A stretch of 55,560 nt of DNA, taken from positions 1 to 55,560 of the IMG/VR virus record IMGVR_UViG_3300033146_001559. One strand, 5' to 3'. Under the pieces are notes generated by a model that saw only the letters and a program-made list of their open reading frames with translations, was not told the DNA's origin and did not search any database. Of the stretch, positions 19,370 to 27,420 are shown piece by piece. The position numbers and the translations under genes were made by a program. Each line of letters begins with the position of its first letter. Positions within the stretch are counted from its first letter, which is position 1. Source of the DNA: a virus. Lineage: Duplodnaviria; Caudoviricetes.

Positions 19370-20245
19370 TCATACCGCAACGGGGGCTTTGATTGAACTC
19401 ATTGGGGTGTAGCCCTCAATGTCGGTATCACTGTGCTCCCAGTCAAATATGCTGGTGAAGTTGTCTGTAGTAATCCGTGGGGGTGGTTGTGGGGTGCGTG
19501 ACAGCTGTTCAATTGCCTGATCCATGTGGTTCTCATACAAGTGGACATCACACCCAAATGCAGTCAACACGCCCTCCTGTAATCCAGCCTCTTTTGCGAT
19601 GAGGTGGAGAAGTAATCCGTAAGATGCAATATTGAAGGGAGCACCGAGGAAAAAGTCCCATGAACGCATGTTGAACGTGAGGTCAAGTGTTTCTCCGTTC
19701 GACGTCAACTGGAACACGTAGTGACACGGGGGTAGTGCTGTATGGTTGAGCCCCATGGGGTTCCAAGCCATACAGATCATTCGGCGATCCAAAGGGTTCT
19801 TCTTCAGTGTTTCGATGATATTGGCAAATTGGTCAATACCATCCGAATCTGCCATGCTATCCCAGCTGTATGGATCATGGAAATTTCTCCAGCTCGCCCC
19901 ATAGATACATTCGCCGAGGTAATCTTCACCCCGCATCTTCTTAATGGTCTCTGGGTCATTACCGTATGGCACTTTCGTCGGACAGCACCAATCAGACCAG
20001 ATCATACACCCTCGATCTTCGAACCATTTCTTAGAGGTGATTCCTTTAATAAATCCTTCCAGTTCAACCTTCATGGTTTTCCATGAAACTCGTTTTGTGG
20101 TTAGCATTGGAAAACCGTCAGACATATGGTGTTGAAGCATTACTGGTGGCATTTTATATGCACCCGTTCCAGTTCTGTTATCCTGTCTGGGGGATCGGGT
20201 TAGTTGACGAAGAATATTAAGGTATTGTGTTTCAATGTCTTGCAT
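19370..20245 (-). CDS. thyA: Thymidylate synthase
   Basis: NRTGTG, FPMLTTK, AWNP...ALPPCH, RSWDFFLGAPFNIASY, DVHLYENH, IKAPVAV. Confidence 0.97.
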   Translation of the reverse strand: MQDIETQYLNILRQLTRSPRQDNRTGTGAYKMPPVMLQHHMSDGFPMLTTKRVSWKTMKVELEGFIKGITSKKWFEDRGCMIWSDWCCPTKVPYGNDPETIKKMRGEDYLGECIYGASWRNFHDPYSWDSMADSDGIDQFANIIETLKKNPLDRRMICMAWNPMGLNHTALPPCHYVFQLTSNGETLDLTFNMRSWDFFLGAPFNIASYGLLLHLIAKEAGLQEGVLTAFGCDVHLYENHMDQAIEQLSRTPQPPPRITTDNFTSIFDWEHSDTDIEGYTPMSSIKAPVAV

Positions 20246-20275
20246 GTCGTTATAATAAGTGATTTTAGTAATTTG

Positions 20276-20797
20276 TCAAATCTTTTTCAGTTTTAGTCTG
20301 TCTTTGGAAAACTTTCTGAGCTTTTCGAATTCAATTCTCGTTAATTCGTCCTCCCGACCGAACCGTTGATAGATATTATAATGGCATTCGGTGGGTTTGG
20401 TTACAAATGACTCGGTGTCCACATACCGATTACAGAAATTGATGACGTCCGTTCGTAGGATGAAAACAAAGGAATCCTCGCGTTCAAACACAATATAGTC
20501 AGCATCCCCGTAAAGCCACCCAGCGTGCCCTGTGATGCCTTTAAACTCAATCCAGACATACTCGGTGTCTAAATGGGAATCATTGCGTCTGAGGCGTTTC
20601 TGCGCCTTTAAATCGACTGAGTGTATTTTGTTATTGAATTCAAGTCGGTAGTCAATGTGATGATAAATATCCTCCTCATCAGTTGAATACCTGAACTCTA
20701 TACCGTCAGTTGCAAGAACTGCTTGCTCAAACTGATGTGTTGCTGATTTATCAAGAGCGAATGCTCGTTGACTGGTGTCTCTTTCGTTTAGTTTCAC
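20276..20797 (-). CDS. PD-(D/E)XK family nuclease
   Basis: D...HIDY...VDLKAQK, VWIEF, GWLYG.ADYIVFE. Confidence 0.65.
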   Translation of the reverse strand: MKLNERDTSQRAFALDKSATHQFEQAVLATDGIEFRYSTDEEDIYHHIDYRLEFNNKIHSVDLKAQKRLRRNDSHLDTEYVWIEFKGITGHAGWLYGDADYIVFEREDSFVFILRTDVINFCNRYVDTESFVTKPTECHYNIYQRFGREDELTRIEFEKLRKFSKDRLKLKKI

Positions 20798-20834
20798 TAT
20801 GGACAGTGTATCACACCAGCCATGGTTGTCAAAT

Positions 20835-20866
20835 AAAACCCCGTGACTGATCTATCACGGGGTTTT
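20835..20866. terminator. Intrinsic terminator hairpin directly downstream of the tRNA
   Basis: AAAACCCCGTGA-CTGATCTA-TCACGGGGTTTT. Confidence 0.7.
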
Positions 20867-20971
20867 GGTGGGAGTGTCGGGGTTCGAACCCGAAACCTAG
20901 CAATTATTTTAGATTCACTTGTTAGTGTGAACCCCAAAGAGTTGCCCGCTCTACCGTTGAGCTACACTTCC
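20866..20971 (-). tRNA. tRNA with 31-nt hairpin insertion in the anticodon loop (Met/Ile2-CAT or Lys-CTT after removal)
   Basis: GGAAGTG-TA-GCTCAACGGTAGAGC, anticodon stem GGCAA/TTGCT around a 38-nt loop, TCGGGTTCGAACCCCGA, CACTCCC-A-CCA. Confidence 0.8.
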
Positions 20972-20977
20972 ATAATT

Positions 20978-21547
20978 TTACTCGGATTCCAATGCATATC
21001 GAAATTCCTTTACACCCTGTCCGAGTTGATAATCGGGGGTCTTCAATGAGTCTACCAAACGAATAAGTGCTCCAACATGAACGGAGTATTCATCACCATC
21101 CCGTGCTACGTGCTCAGTCGTGTATGACTTATCGAAGTCAGTCTGTCTTGTAGTTACATAATCACCTTCAACCGTAGCTTCAGATTTAGCGTGCTTAATC
21201 GATGATAATCGCAGTAGATCTTCTGCCATCATCAGGAGAGCACTCTCATCCTCATGGAATGCCTCATCCATATTGGTAGAGTCGAAGCCGACCTTAGTGG
21301 TGGCTTTAAAACCATCCACACTGATTGTTCCTTGAGATTCATTGAAATTGATATCTTCAAATGAAACCTGAGTTCCACCATCATCACCGAGGATACCCCC
21401 AGTAGATTGGTATTGTCGGAGATCATCATTCAGTGTCAGGGCAACACGCTCAATCAATCCCTCGATGGTATTGGCGGTCAGGATTTTATTCTCCCGCACG
21501 CCAATACCCTCAAGGACAACACCAATCATCTTATCAAATTTACTCAT
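20978..21547 (-). CDS. Late hypothetical protein, candidate internal head protein
   Basis: MSKFDKMIGVVLE N-terminus; TAATTA-N5-ATG. Confidence 0.55.
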   Translation of the reverse strand: MSKFDKMIGVVLEGIGVRENKILTANTIEGLIERVALTLNDDLRQYQSTGGILGDDGGTQVSFEDINFNESQGTISVDGFKATTKVGFDSTNMDEAFHEDESALLMMAEDLLRLSSIKHAKSEATVEGDYVTTRQTDFDKSYTTEHVARDGDEYSVHVGALIRLVDSLKTPDYQLGQGVKEFRYALESE

Positions 21548-21602
21548 GAAACTAATTATTGTTTTTGTGTATCCATGGCGAATTTCGCAATGAATGCATC
21601 AG

Positions 21603-21776
21603 CTACTGTGTTCGCATATTGAATACCAGCAGTTGCATATTTGGTTGACTCGTTTCATCCAATACCATCATGGATGCATGGTGACTAAATGCATTCTTCC
21701 AAATCTCTTGTGCTGAGTATGACACTCCTTCGTTGTGATTATCAATACGCTCCTGTGCAATTTCTTTCTCGTTCAT
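21603..21776 (-). CDS. Small early hypothetical protein (MNEKEIAQ...), possibly frameshifted
   Basis: TTGACA-N16-TAATAT-N6-ATG directly upstream; not in the ORF track. Confidence 0.4.
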   Translation of the reverse strand: MNEKEIAQERIDNHNEGVSYSAQEIWKNAFSHHASMMVLDETSQPNMQLLVFNMRTQ

Positions 21777-21840
21777 GTCAATATATTACCACGGGGTTTC
21801 AAATTGTCAACTTCTATTGTGAGATATGCGTCAAACCAGA

Positions 21841-23096
21841 CCGTTGTTAAAAACCTCAAAAATCTACAAGTAGATTGATTCAATTTTCAACTATAATCCC
21901 CGACGGTAAACTAGGGAGACTCCTCGATCCAAGATATTTTTTGATGCATTACAATCAGCATGGTCAGTGTGATTGCACTTCGTGCATCGAAAAACGTCTT
22001 GAGTTTGTCGATTCATCCTATCGGTATGACCACATGATCTACACATTTGGGACGTATAGGCTGGGTTTACTGATGTAAATCGAACACGGTTCTCTTCACA
22101 ATTTCGTTCCAACCTGTCAAGCCAATATGCATAGTTCCATGAACCAATAGACTTTCGTAAAGACTTCGATAGCTTTCGCTTCTTCTTAGTCTTAAAATTC
22201 ATATTCTTCAACCTTTCAACTACAATCCGTTGTAGGTTTGGGTTCTTATCAAAAATTTCTTTAGCAGTAGTGTTAATGTAATGACGAAGGTAATTTCTCA
22301 ATCGTTTCTGCCTCTTGGAGCCGTGCCGACACCCATTAATTTTATTAATAATGGATTCTATTTCATTACCATAAAACTCTGCATCAGAAGTGACCGCCAG
22401 TGTTTTGATTCCAGTATCAATGCCGATCACTTTACCTTCTTCTTTCTTCAAGCCTGTATCGATTTCAAACACAAACTGCACATAGTCTTTCGTGATGATA
22501 TATGAGTTAAGTCGTTTTCCTTTAGATTCCCATTTGTTAAATTGTTTGTGTTTTTTAATCGGAAGCAGAAGTTTTATTTTGTTACCAATGGAACCAAGCT
22601 TTAGAAAGCAATCAAAGCTACTTTCGGATTCTTGAAGATCGGCAATGGTTGAACTACAATACATCCGATTACCTCTATGTAGGGGTTTTGATATATTCTT
22701 TGGTTTGTGTTTCCACCTCACCCTCACTGCGAGAATCATATCCAGAGCTTCCCTCGCGGCAACTTTTCTCAGCCGTGCCGACATCCAAGTATCGTCTTTT
22801 GTTATATCAACAATGGGCTTGAGTAATTTAGCTTTGGGTGGTAATTCTTTTAACTCCCAGAAATAATCAATGAATAGATTCACCACATTTCCATATTCGG
22901 ACAGCACTTCAGCCAACTCAGATTTCTTCTTCTGGGTTGTGAATTTTAATGTGCATTTTGACGCCCGAACGAACTTCATATTAATAATTATAGTTATGGG
23001 TAAACAAAAAATACGTGTTAACCCATTTATTTTTATTCTTTTATATTTTGGAGATTATTTGAGGTATTGTAAGTTTTTAGGCTACAATTTTGAACC
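21841..23096 (-). mobile_element. Non-autonomous IS607-like element carrying tnpB only
   Basis: Left end GGTTCAAAATTGTAGCCTAAAAACTTACAATA, right end AATCTACTTGTAGATT...AACGG; GG at both junctions. Confidence 0.75.
21891..22979 (-). CDS. tnpB: RNA-guided endonuclease TnpB
   Basis: RuvC D-E-D intact (GIDTG, IVVERL, HADCNAS), YTSQMC and CxxC...CxxC zinc finger. Confidence 0.93.
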   Translation of the reverse strand: MKFVRASKCTLKFTTQKKKSELAEVLSEYGNVVNLFIDYFWELKELPPKAKLLKPIVDITKDDTWMSARLRKVAAREALDMILAVRVRWKHKPKNISKPLHRGNRMYCSSTIADLQESESSFDCFLKLGSIGNKIKLLLPIKKHKQFNKWESKGKRLNSYIITKDYVQFVFEIDTGLKKEEGKVIGIDTGIKTLAVTSDAEFYGNEIESIINKINGCRHGSKRQKRLRNYLRHYINTTAKEIFDKNPNLQRIVVERLKNMNFKTKKKRKLSKSLRKSIGSWNYAYWLDRLERNCEENRVRFTSVNPAYTSQMCRSCGHTDRMNRQTQDVFRCTKCNHTDHADCNASKNILDRGVSLVYRRGL

Positions 23097-23567
23097 CATT
23101 GATTCCTCCTCCACCTCAACATTCTTCTTCAACAACTCAACCGTGTTCTTAAATGCCTTTTCGAGGACACCCTCGGGTAGTTCCAAGTCATAAACATCAC
23201 CAGAACGAGCCATCCCTGCCATCACACAGTCCGTGATATATTCCAATACGTCCACGAGATTGACATCTTCAGGAACCCCGTCCTCTTGTGCAAGGTGGTG
23301 TCTCCAGATCTTGCGGTGGTTGTCCCACCATCCAGTGTAGCCATCTTCAAATCCATTAGCGAAGTCATCGTGGAACCAGTCAATCTTGGTGAGTTTGTCT
23401 TGATCGTGAATACCAGCGGCTTCTAGGATCATGTTATTAAAGAATCCAAGTCCTTTAACTACATCCCCAATATGCTGGGCTGAGCTGGCAAGAAGTGTTT
23501 CCTTCGTGGTGTTTTTAAAATCACACGTTCGTGAGTCGGCCGTTGCTGATTTCTTAATCGTTATCAT
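23082..23567 (-). CDS. DUF5662-like HD-domain protein; C-terminus supplied by the IS left end
   Basis: H...HDQDK...H...RHH...EYITDC; early promoter TTGACA-N16-TATCAT-N6-ATG. Confidence 0.6.
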   Translation of the reverse strand: MITIKKSATADSRTCDFKNTTKETLLASSAQHIGDVVKGLGFFNNMILEAAGIHDQDKLTKIDWFHDDFANGFEDGYTGWWDNHRKIWRHHLAQEDGVPEDVNLVDVLEYITDCVMAGMARSGDVYDLELPEGVLEKAFKNTVELLKKNVEVEEESMGSKL

Positions 23568-23608
23568 GTGATGATGATAACACATTAATAAAGGTTGTCA
23601 ACTTTTAT

Positions 23609-24463
23609 TTAGTCACGTTCACCCCAGAGTTGCGTAATAGTTAGATTGATCAATCCAATCTGGTGATCAGTGAAATCCCAACGGACACCGATATTAGCCT
23701 TTGCCCACTCACGTGGGTCGGTGTCTTTCTCTTCGGAGACTGAACACCAGTCACAAACCATCTCCTGAATATCATAATCACCCATACTAGATGCATCAAT
23801 AAGTCGTTGTGGTTTGTCGCGGTCATCGGGGTTTGTCAGATCGGATTTATCGGGACTCCAATACTCTGGGTGGTGTGTGTTCTTGGTAATGTGGTGCTCC
23901 GTGGCTTCTTTCATGCGCTCCTCTATATCTGCTGGTGGATTGAAGCTCTGGAAATCTGTTCCGTCTTCCTGACACTTATACTTCCAAGTCAACCACACAT
24001 ACGGCCCAAACTCTGGCTCTTCGAATTTTGAGGAATCATGTTCCACCATACGCTTACGCTTTTCATCGTCATCCATATCTGGAAGCTGTTTGATGAACTT
24101 CCTCACTCGTTTGATATGGTTGTATGTTCGACTGATAAAGTGTTCCTCCATATCAGGCGTGAAATCTTTCGGGGGCTCCCCACTACACCCACACCCCGAA
24201 CCCATACTGTCCATTATGTTATCAAACGTGGCATCATATGATCCTCGCATCTCACCACACTCCTCTTTGATCTCAAGATCTTCGTCATCAACTTCCTCCG
24301 CCTCAATTCGGGCTTTTTCTTCCTCCTTCTTTTTATCAAGGTGTTTTTTGTATTTTCTGGCGGCAAACTTCGCGCCTTTGGTTAAAACAAATTTAGCAAC
24401 TTGCTCTTTAGCGCCTTCCTCGACTGGCTTTGCATCTGACATCAACTCATTGAACGTGGACAT
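23609..24463 (-). CDS. DUF5662-like HD-domain protein with acidic N-terminal propeptide-like region
   Basis: HIKRV...HDSSKF...HHITKNTHHPEY...EMVCDW; TAATTA-N5-ATG. Confidence 0.7.
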   Translation of the reverse strand: MSTFNELMSDAKPVEEGAKEQVAKFVLTKGAKFAARKYKKHLDKKKEEEKARIEAEEVDDEDLEIKEECGEMRGSYDATFDNIMDSMGSGCGCSGEPPKDFTPDMEEHFISRTYNHIKRVRKFIKQLPDMDDDEKRKRMVEHDSSKFEEPEFGPYVWLTWKYKCQEDGTDFQSFNPPADIEERMKEATEHHITKNTHHPEYWSPDKSDLTNPDDRDKPQRLIDASSMGDYDIQEMVCDWCSVSEEKDTDPREWAKANIGVRWDFTDHQIGLINLTITQLWGERD

Positions 24464-24476
24464 ATGAGTAATTATG

Positions 24477-25091
24477 TTATTTCTTAATAAGGATTAGGCG
24501 TAACAGTGTTGGGTCACTATCCCCATATACTGATAAACCACTTGCTTCAATCGCATACTCCACCGAATACCCAATATTTTTGCATTTATCAATAAATTTT
24601 TCAACTTCGATAAACCGTCTACTATGTCCATTATACACCCAAGTGGTTCCGTGGACGTGTTCACCTCTCCAATATATTTCGTCGTTGGTTGTTCGAGCCT
24701 CGATGGCGAGAATACCACCACTTCCGAGCGTATCGAATGTGTTCAGTAGTAAGTTGGTTTCGTCCGTTTCGGTTATGGAGTGTAATGTAAACCGCGAATA
24801 AAATATATCAGTCGGTTCAAAATCCCATGTCACAAAATTACCCTCAATTATCGCCGCCAGCGGTGGGTTGTCGTGTTGTTGTGCAGTAACCGCCGCCACA
24901 CATTGGTCGATGGCCGTCACGCGGAGTCGTTCGTTCAAGTAGAACGAATCACGACCATTACCACACCCAAGATCCACAAGTGTTGTGTGGTTAGGCGTTA
25001 TGTAATTTTCCGAACAAAATATTGCGAATGTGCTTGCGTCCGAACTAACATTTTTATTGGAGTAAAACTCCTTCCAGTATTGTTTATCCAT
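24477..25091 (-). CDS. Class I SAM-dependent methyltransferase
   Basis: VDLGCGNGRD, AIDQ, YSRFTLHSI. Confidence 0.88.
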   Translation of the reverse strand: MDKQYWKEFYSNKNVSSDASTFAIFCSENYITPNHTTLVDLGCGNGRDSFYLNERLRVTAIDQCVAAVTAQQHDNPPLAAIIEGNFVTWDFEPTDIFYSRFTLHSITETDETNLLLNTFDTLGSGGILAIEARTTNDEIYWRGEHVHGTTWVYNGHSRRFIEVEKFIDKCKNIGYSVEYAIEASGLSVYGDSDPTLLRLILIKK

Positions 25092-25092
25092 A

Positions 25093-25605
25093 TTATTTAA
25101 GTTTTCTCGGAGACGTCCCTCCTAGTTTGGTATTGGCTGGGGTTTTCCAGTCACCATAACGGGCTTCTAGCTTGCTAGTAGCACCGAAAGGTATATTAAC
25201 CACGTGGTTACCAAACGATGCCGTTGGGATGTTTCCATATTGATCCCGACATTCCAACCAAATTGCCCGCTCCCATGGGTCGGTGAAAGTAGCCCCGTCC
25301 ACATAACAACAATAAAAATCAACACTGGCGAATAGATCGGTCTCTCGGGTCTTCAATATACCACTATGATTTATCTGTAACTCTATTCCGAGCATATCGA
25401 GCTTCTGCTTAATTTCGGGAACAAATGCCCGATCAATCATAATGTCAATGTCATCATCACCATCAATACATGACCCATTACGAACTACCCCCAATAATGT
25501 TCCATACCCAACAAACCAACTCACCCCACTGATCGAATACAGCATTGACGTAATTTGCGTTAATGTTGTATTCAGCTTCGCCATGCTGGTATATTTGCCT
25601 GCCAT
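25093..25605 (-). CDS. licD: LicD-family nucleotidyl/phosphotransferase
   Basis: GTLLGVVR...DDDIDI, L...YGDWKTP; TAAATA-N5-ATG. Confidence 0.8.
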   Translation of the reverse strand: MAGKYTSMAKLNTTLTQITSMLYSISGVSWFVGYGTLLGVVRNGSCIDGDDDIDIMIDRAFVPEIKQKLDMLGIELQINHSGILKTRETDLFASVDFYCCYVDGATFTDPWERAIWLECRDQYGNIPTASFGNHVVNIPFGATSKLEARYGDWKTPANTKLGGTSPRKLK

Positions 25606-25609
25606 AATA

Positions 25610-25885
25610 CTATTTATGTTCTTCTAATTTATAATCAATGAATTTGTCTATTTTGTTTGATAATTTAAACACGGGGGATGTTTCGCCTTCTTCGGAATAA
25701 AGGAAAGAATTATCGATCCCCAGCATATCATCTAAATATGGTATGCATCGATCACCGAAGATGACCCATGCGGGGACATATATAATTCCTGCCAAAACAA
25801 CTTCAAGGGACCTGATGGTGAGCGCAATGGGCCATATAATGATTAAGTTGATGATATATAGAATTCGATATAATGGTGCTTTCAT
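25610..25885 (-). CDS. Small membrane protein
   Basis: Hydrophobic N-terminal helices (MKAPLYRILYII...). Confidence 0.5.
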   Translation of the reverse strand: MKAPLYRILYIINLIIIWPIALTIRSLEVVLAGIIYVPAWVIFGDRCIPYLDDMLGIDNSFLYSEEGETSPVFKLSNKIDKFIDYKLEEHK

Positions 25886-25961
25886 GGTGAAATGAATTCT
25901 TGGTTGATTTATCAAGGAAGTCAACTATAATTAACGTTGATGGCTAATAAATGCAATATCG

Positions 25962-26552
25962 ATGTCTTTATATGGGAAGAATATGTGCTATGAACACGGT
26001 CTCTTAGCGAATATATCTCAATTGGATGAGTTTTATAGCGGGTATGATTTTGTTGTGCATGTTGAGCGGGGTAGAGCTATTACACCTGAACCGAAAAAAC
26101 TCGGATGTGTGGTGATCGAACACGCGCCGTCCCTTGGATCTAGTGGTATGTTCTGGAGATTTCTCACATTTCACACGAAATATGGGTATGATGTAGTGTG
26201 TTCACGGGACGCCGATTCGATTTTTACTGAAGGGGAACGGCTTGCCCATACCGCATTCATTGACAGTGGATGCGCGGCGCACCTTATGTTCGATCATCCA
26301 AATCATCGGGGGGTTATGGGTGGCATGTTTTCCATCCTGCCAAAGTTAGTTAAGTTTCTATTTGATTTAATGGAACAACATATTAATGGAACTGCGGTGT
26401 ATGGTGAAGATGAGGGGTTCCTGCTCTCGCATTTCTACCCACTCATTAAAGGTGATGTTCTGATACCCTCATCAAATAATAATATCCCCAATAGTGTGCC
26501 ATTCCCACCACATAACCAGAGTATTTTTATAGGACAGCAAGTATTCAGGTAA
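25962..26552 (+). CDS. Glycosyltransferase-like protein
   Basis: SLYG...GMFWRF...SRDADS...H.M.DHPNH..VMGGMF pattern with DxD; true start uncertain. Confidence 0.6.
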   Translation: MSLYGKNMCYEHGLLANISQLDEFYSGYDFVVHVERGRAITPEPKKLGCVVIEHAPSLGSSGMFWRFLTFHTKYGYDVVCSRDADSIFTEGERLAHTAFIDSGCAAHLMFDHPNHRGVMGGMFSILPKLVKFLFDLMEQHINGTAVYGEDEGFLLSHFYPLIKGDVLIPSSNNNIPNSVPFPPHNQSIFIGQQVFR

Positions 26553-26910
26553 TTGTTTCGATGATTATCGTCTGCGCATCAGGGCGGGATGCGATGATAT
26601 CCATTTTGCCATTCACAAATTTCTTTAATTCCTTCTTGGCACGACGTCTGGCGCCCCATTTTGTCTTGAATGTCAGTTCGCGCCCAGATGTCCACGCCAC
26701 TGCGTCTTTGGCTAGAACCGCTATTGCGGTCTTATGAGTGTCACGGTGCTTAGTGTTGATTTGAATTTTGTATTTACCATCGCTACAGGCAATTAATCCG
26801 AACGAAATGATTAGTCTACCGAGATAAACATCGGCTTCTTCTTTATCAAGTCGGTTTTTGGTGATGGTGGCACGGAGTGCCGAGAGGTGGTGGTCAGTTT
26901 GTGTTGTCAT
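26545..26910 (-). CDS. Hypothetical protein (paralog of next gene)
   Basis: Shares G.YKI, TFKT...AR..A, SRP and ETI with 26915-27298. Confidence 0.55.
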   Translation of the reverse strand: MTTQTDHHLSALRATITKNRLDKEEADVYLGRLIISFGLIACSDGKYKIQINTKHRDTHKTAIAVLAKDAVAWTSGRELTFKTKWGARRRAKKELKKFVNGKMDIIASRPDAQTIIIETIT

Positions 26911-26914
26911 GATT

Positions 26915-27298
26915 TTATTTGATTGTCTCGACGACTTTTTCGTTTTCGGATGGTCTTGAGTTTGCGAGTTTATTTATACTCGTGTTATAAAAATCCAATG
27001 TTTTAACTGCAAATTCACGTGCCTTTTGGTGGGTCTTGAATGTTTTGAATGTTTTGAATGTTGCCCAGTTGGTATTACGCAACTCCTCTTTAACTGGTAG
27101 AGCCGAGTGGACATGTGGGTTATCGTTCACCATTTCTATAACTATTTTATAGAACCCAGTTCTCATTTTAATGATATGAAAGTTGATGGGTCTTTGGCTG
27201 AAATATTTCATGGCATCTTCATATGAATAGTCGTGTTGTTTTAAGATATATCGATGGGTGTCGATTATCTTATCTACGTTATTTCTTAATCTAAACAT
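26915..27298 (-). CDS. Hypothetical protein with TFK tandem repeat
   Basis: Paralog of 26545-26910; 9-nt repeat at about 27036-27063. Confidence 0.55.
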   Translation of the reverse strand: MFRLRNNVDKIIDTHRYILKQHDYSYEDAMKYFSQRPINFHIIKMRTGFYKIVIEMVNDNPHVHSALPVKEELRNTNWATFKTFKTFKTHQKAREFAVKTLDFYNTSINKLANSRPSENEKVVETIK

Positions 27299-27377
27299 TG
27301 TGTGTGTGTGTTTCGTGGTCTTCGGTTAACAGTATGGGTGGGTATTATGGGGATGATTTTGGATTTGTCGATAAAAA

Positions 27378-27409
27378 AAGAGACCCCGTGGATTTTTCCA
27401 CGGGGTCTC
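27378..27409. terminator. Intrinsic terminator after nrdJ (minus strand)
   Basis: GAGACCCCGTGGA-TTT-TTCCACGGGGTCTC preceded by an A run (U-tract on the minus strand). Confidence 0.75.
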
Positions 27410-27420
27410 ACTATACGCAT

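Noticed and set aside
22996-23193. Plus-strand ORF starting 5 nt after the tnpB TAATTA
   Set aside because: Crosses the IS end and runs antisense to the HD gene with no recognisable motif; not called as a gene
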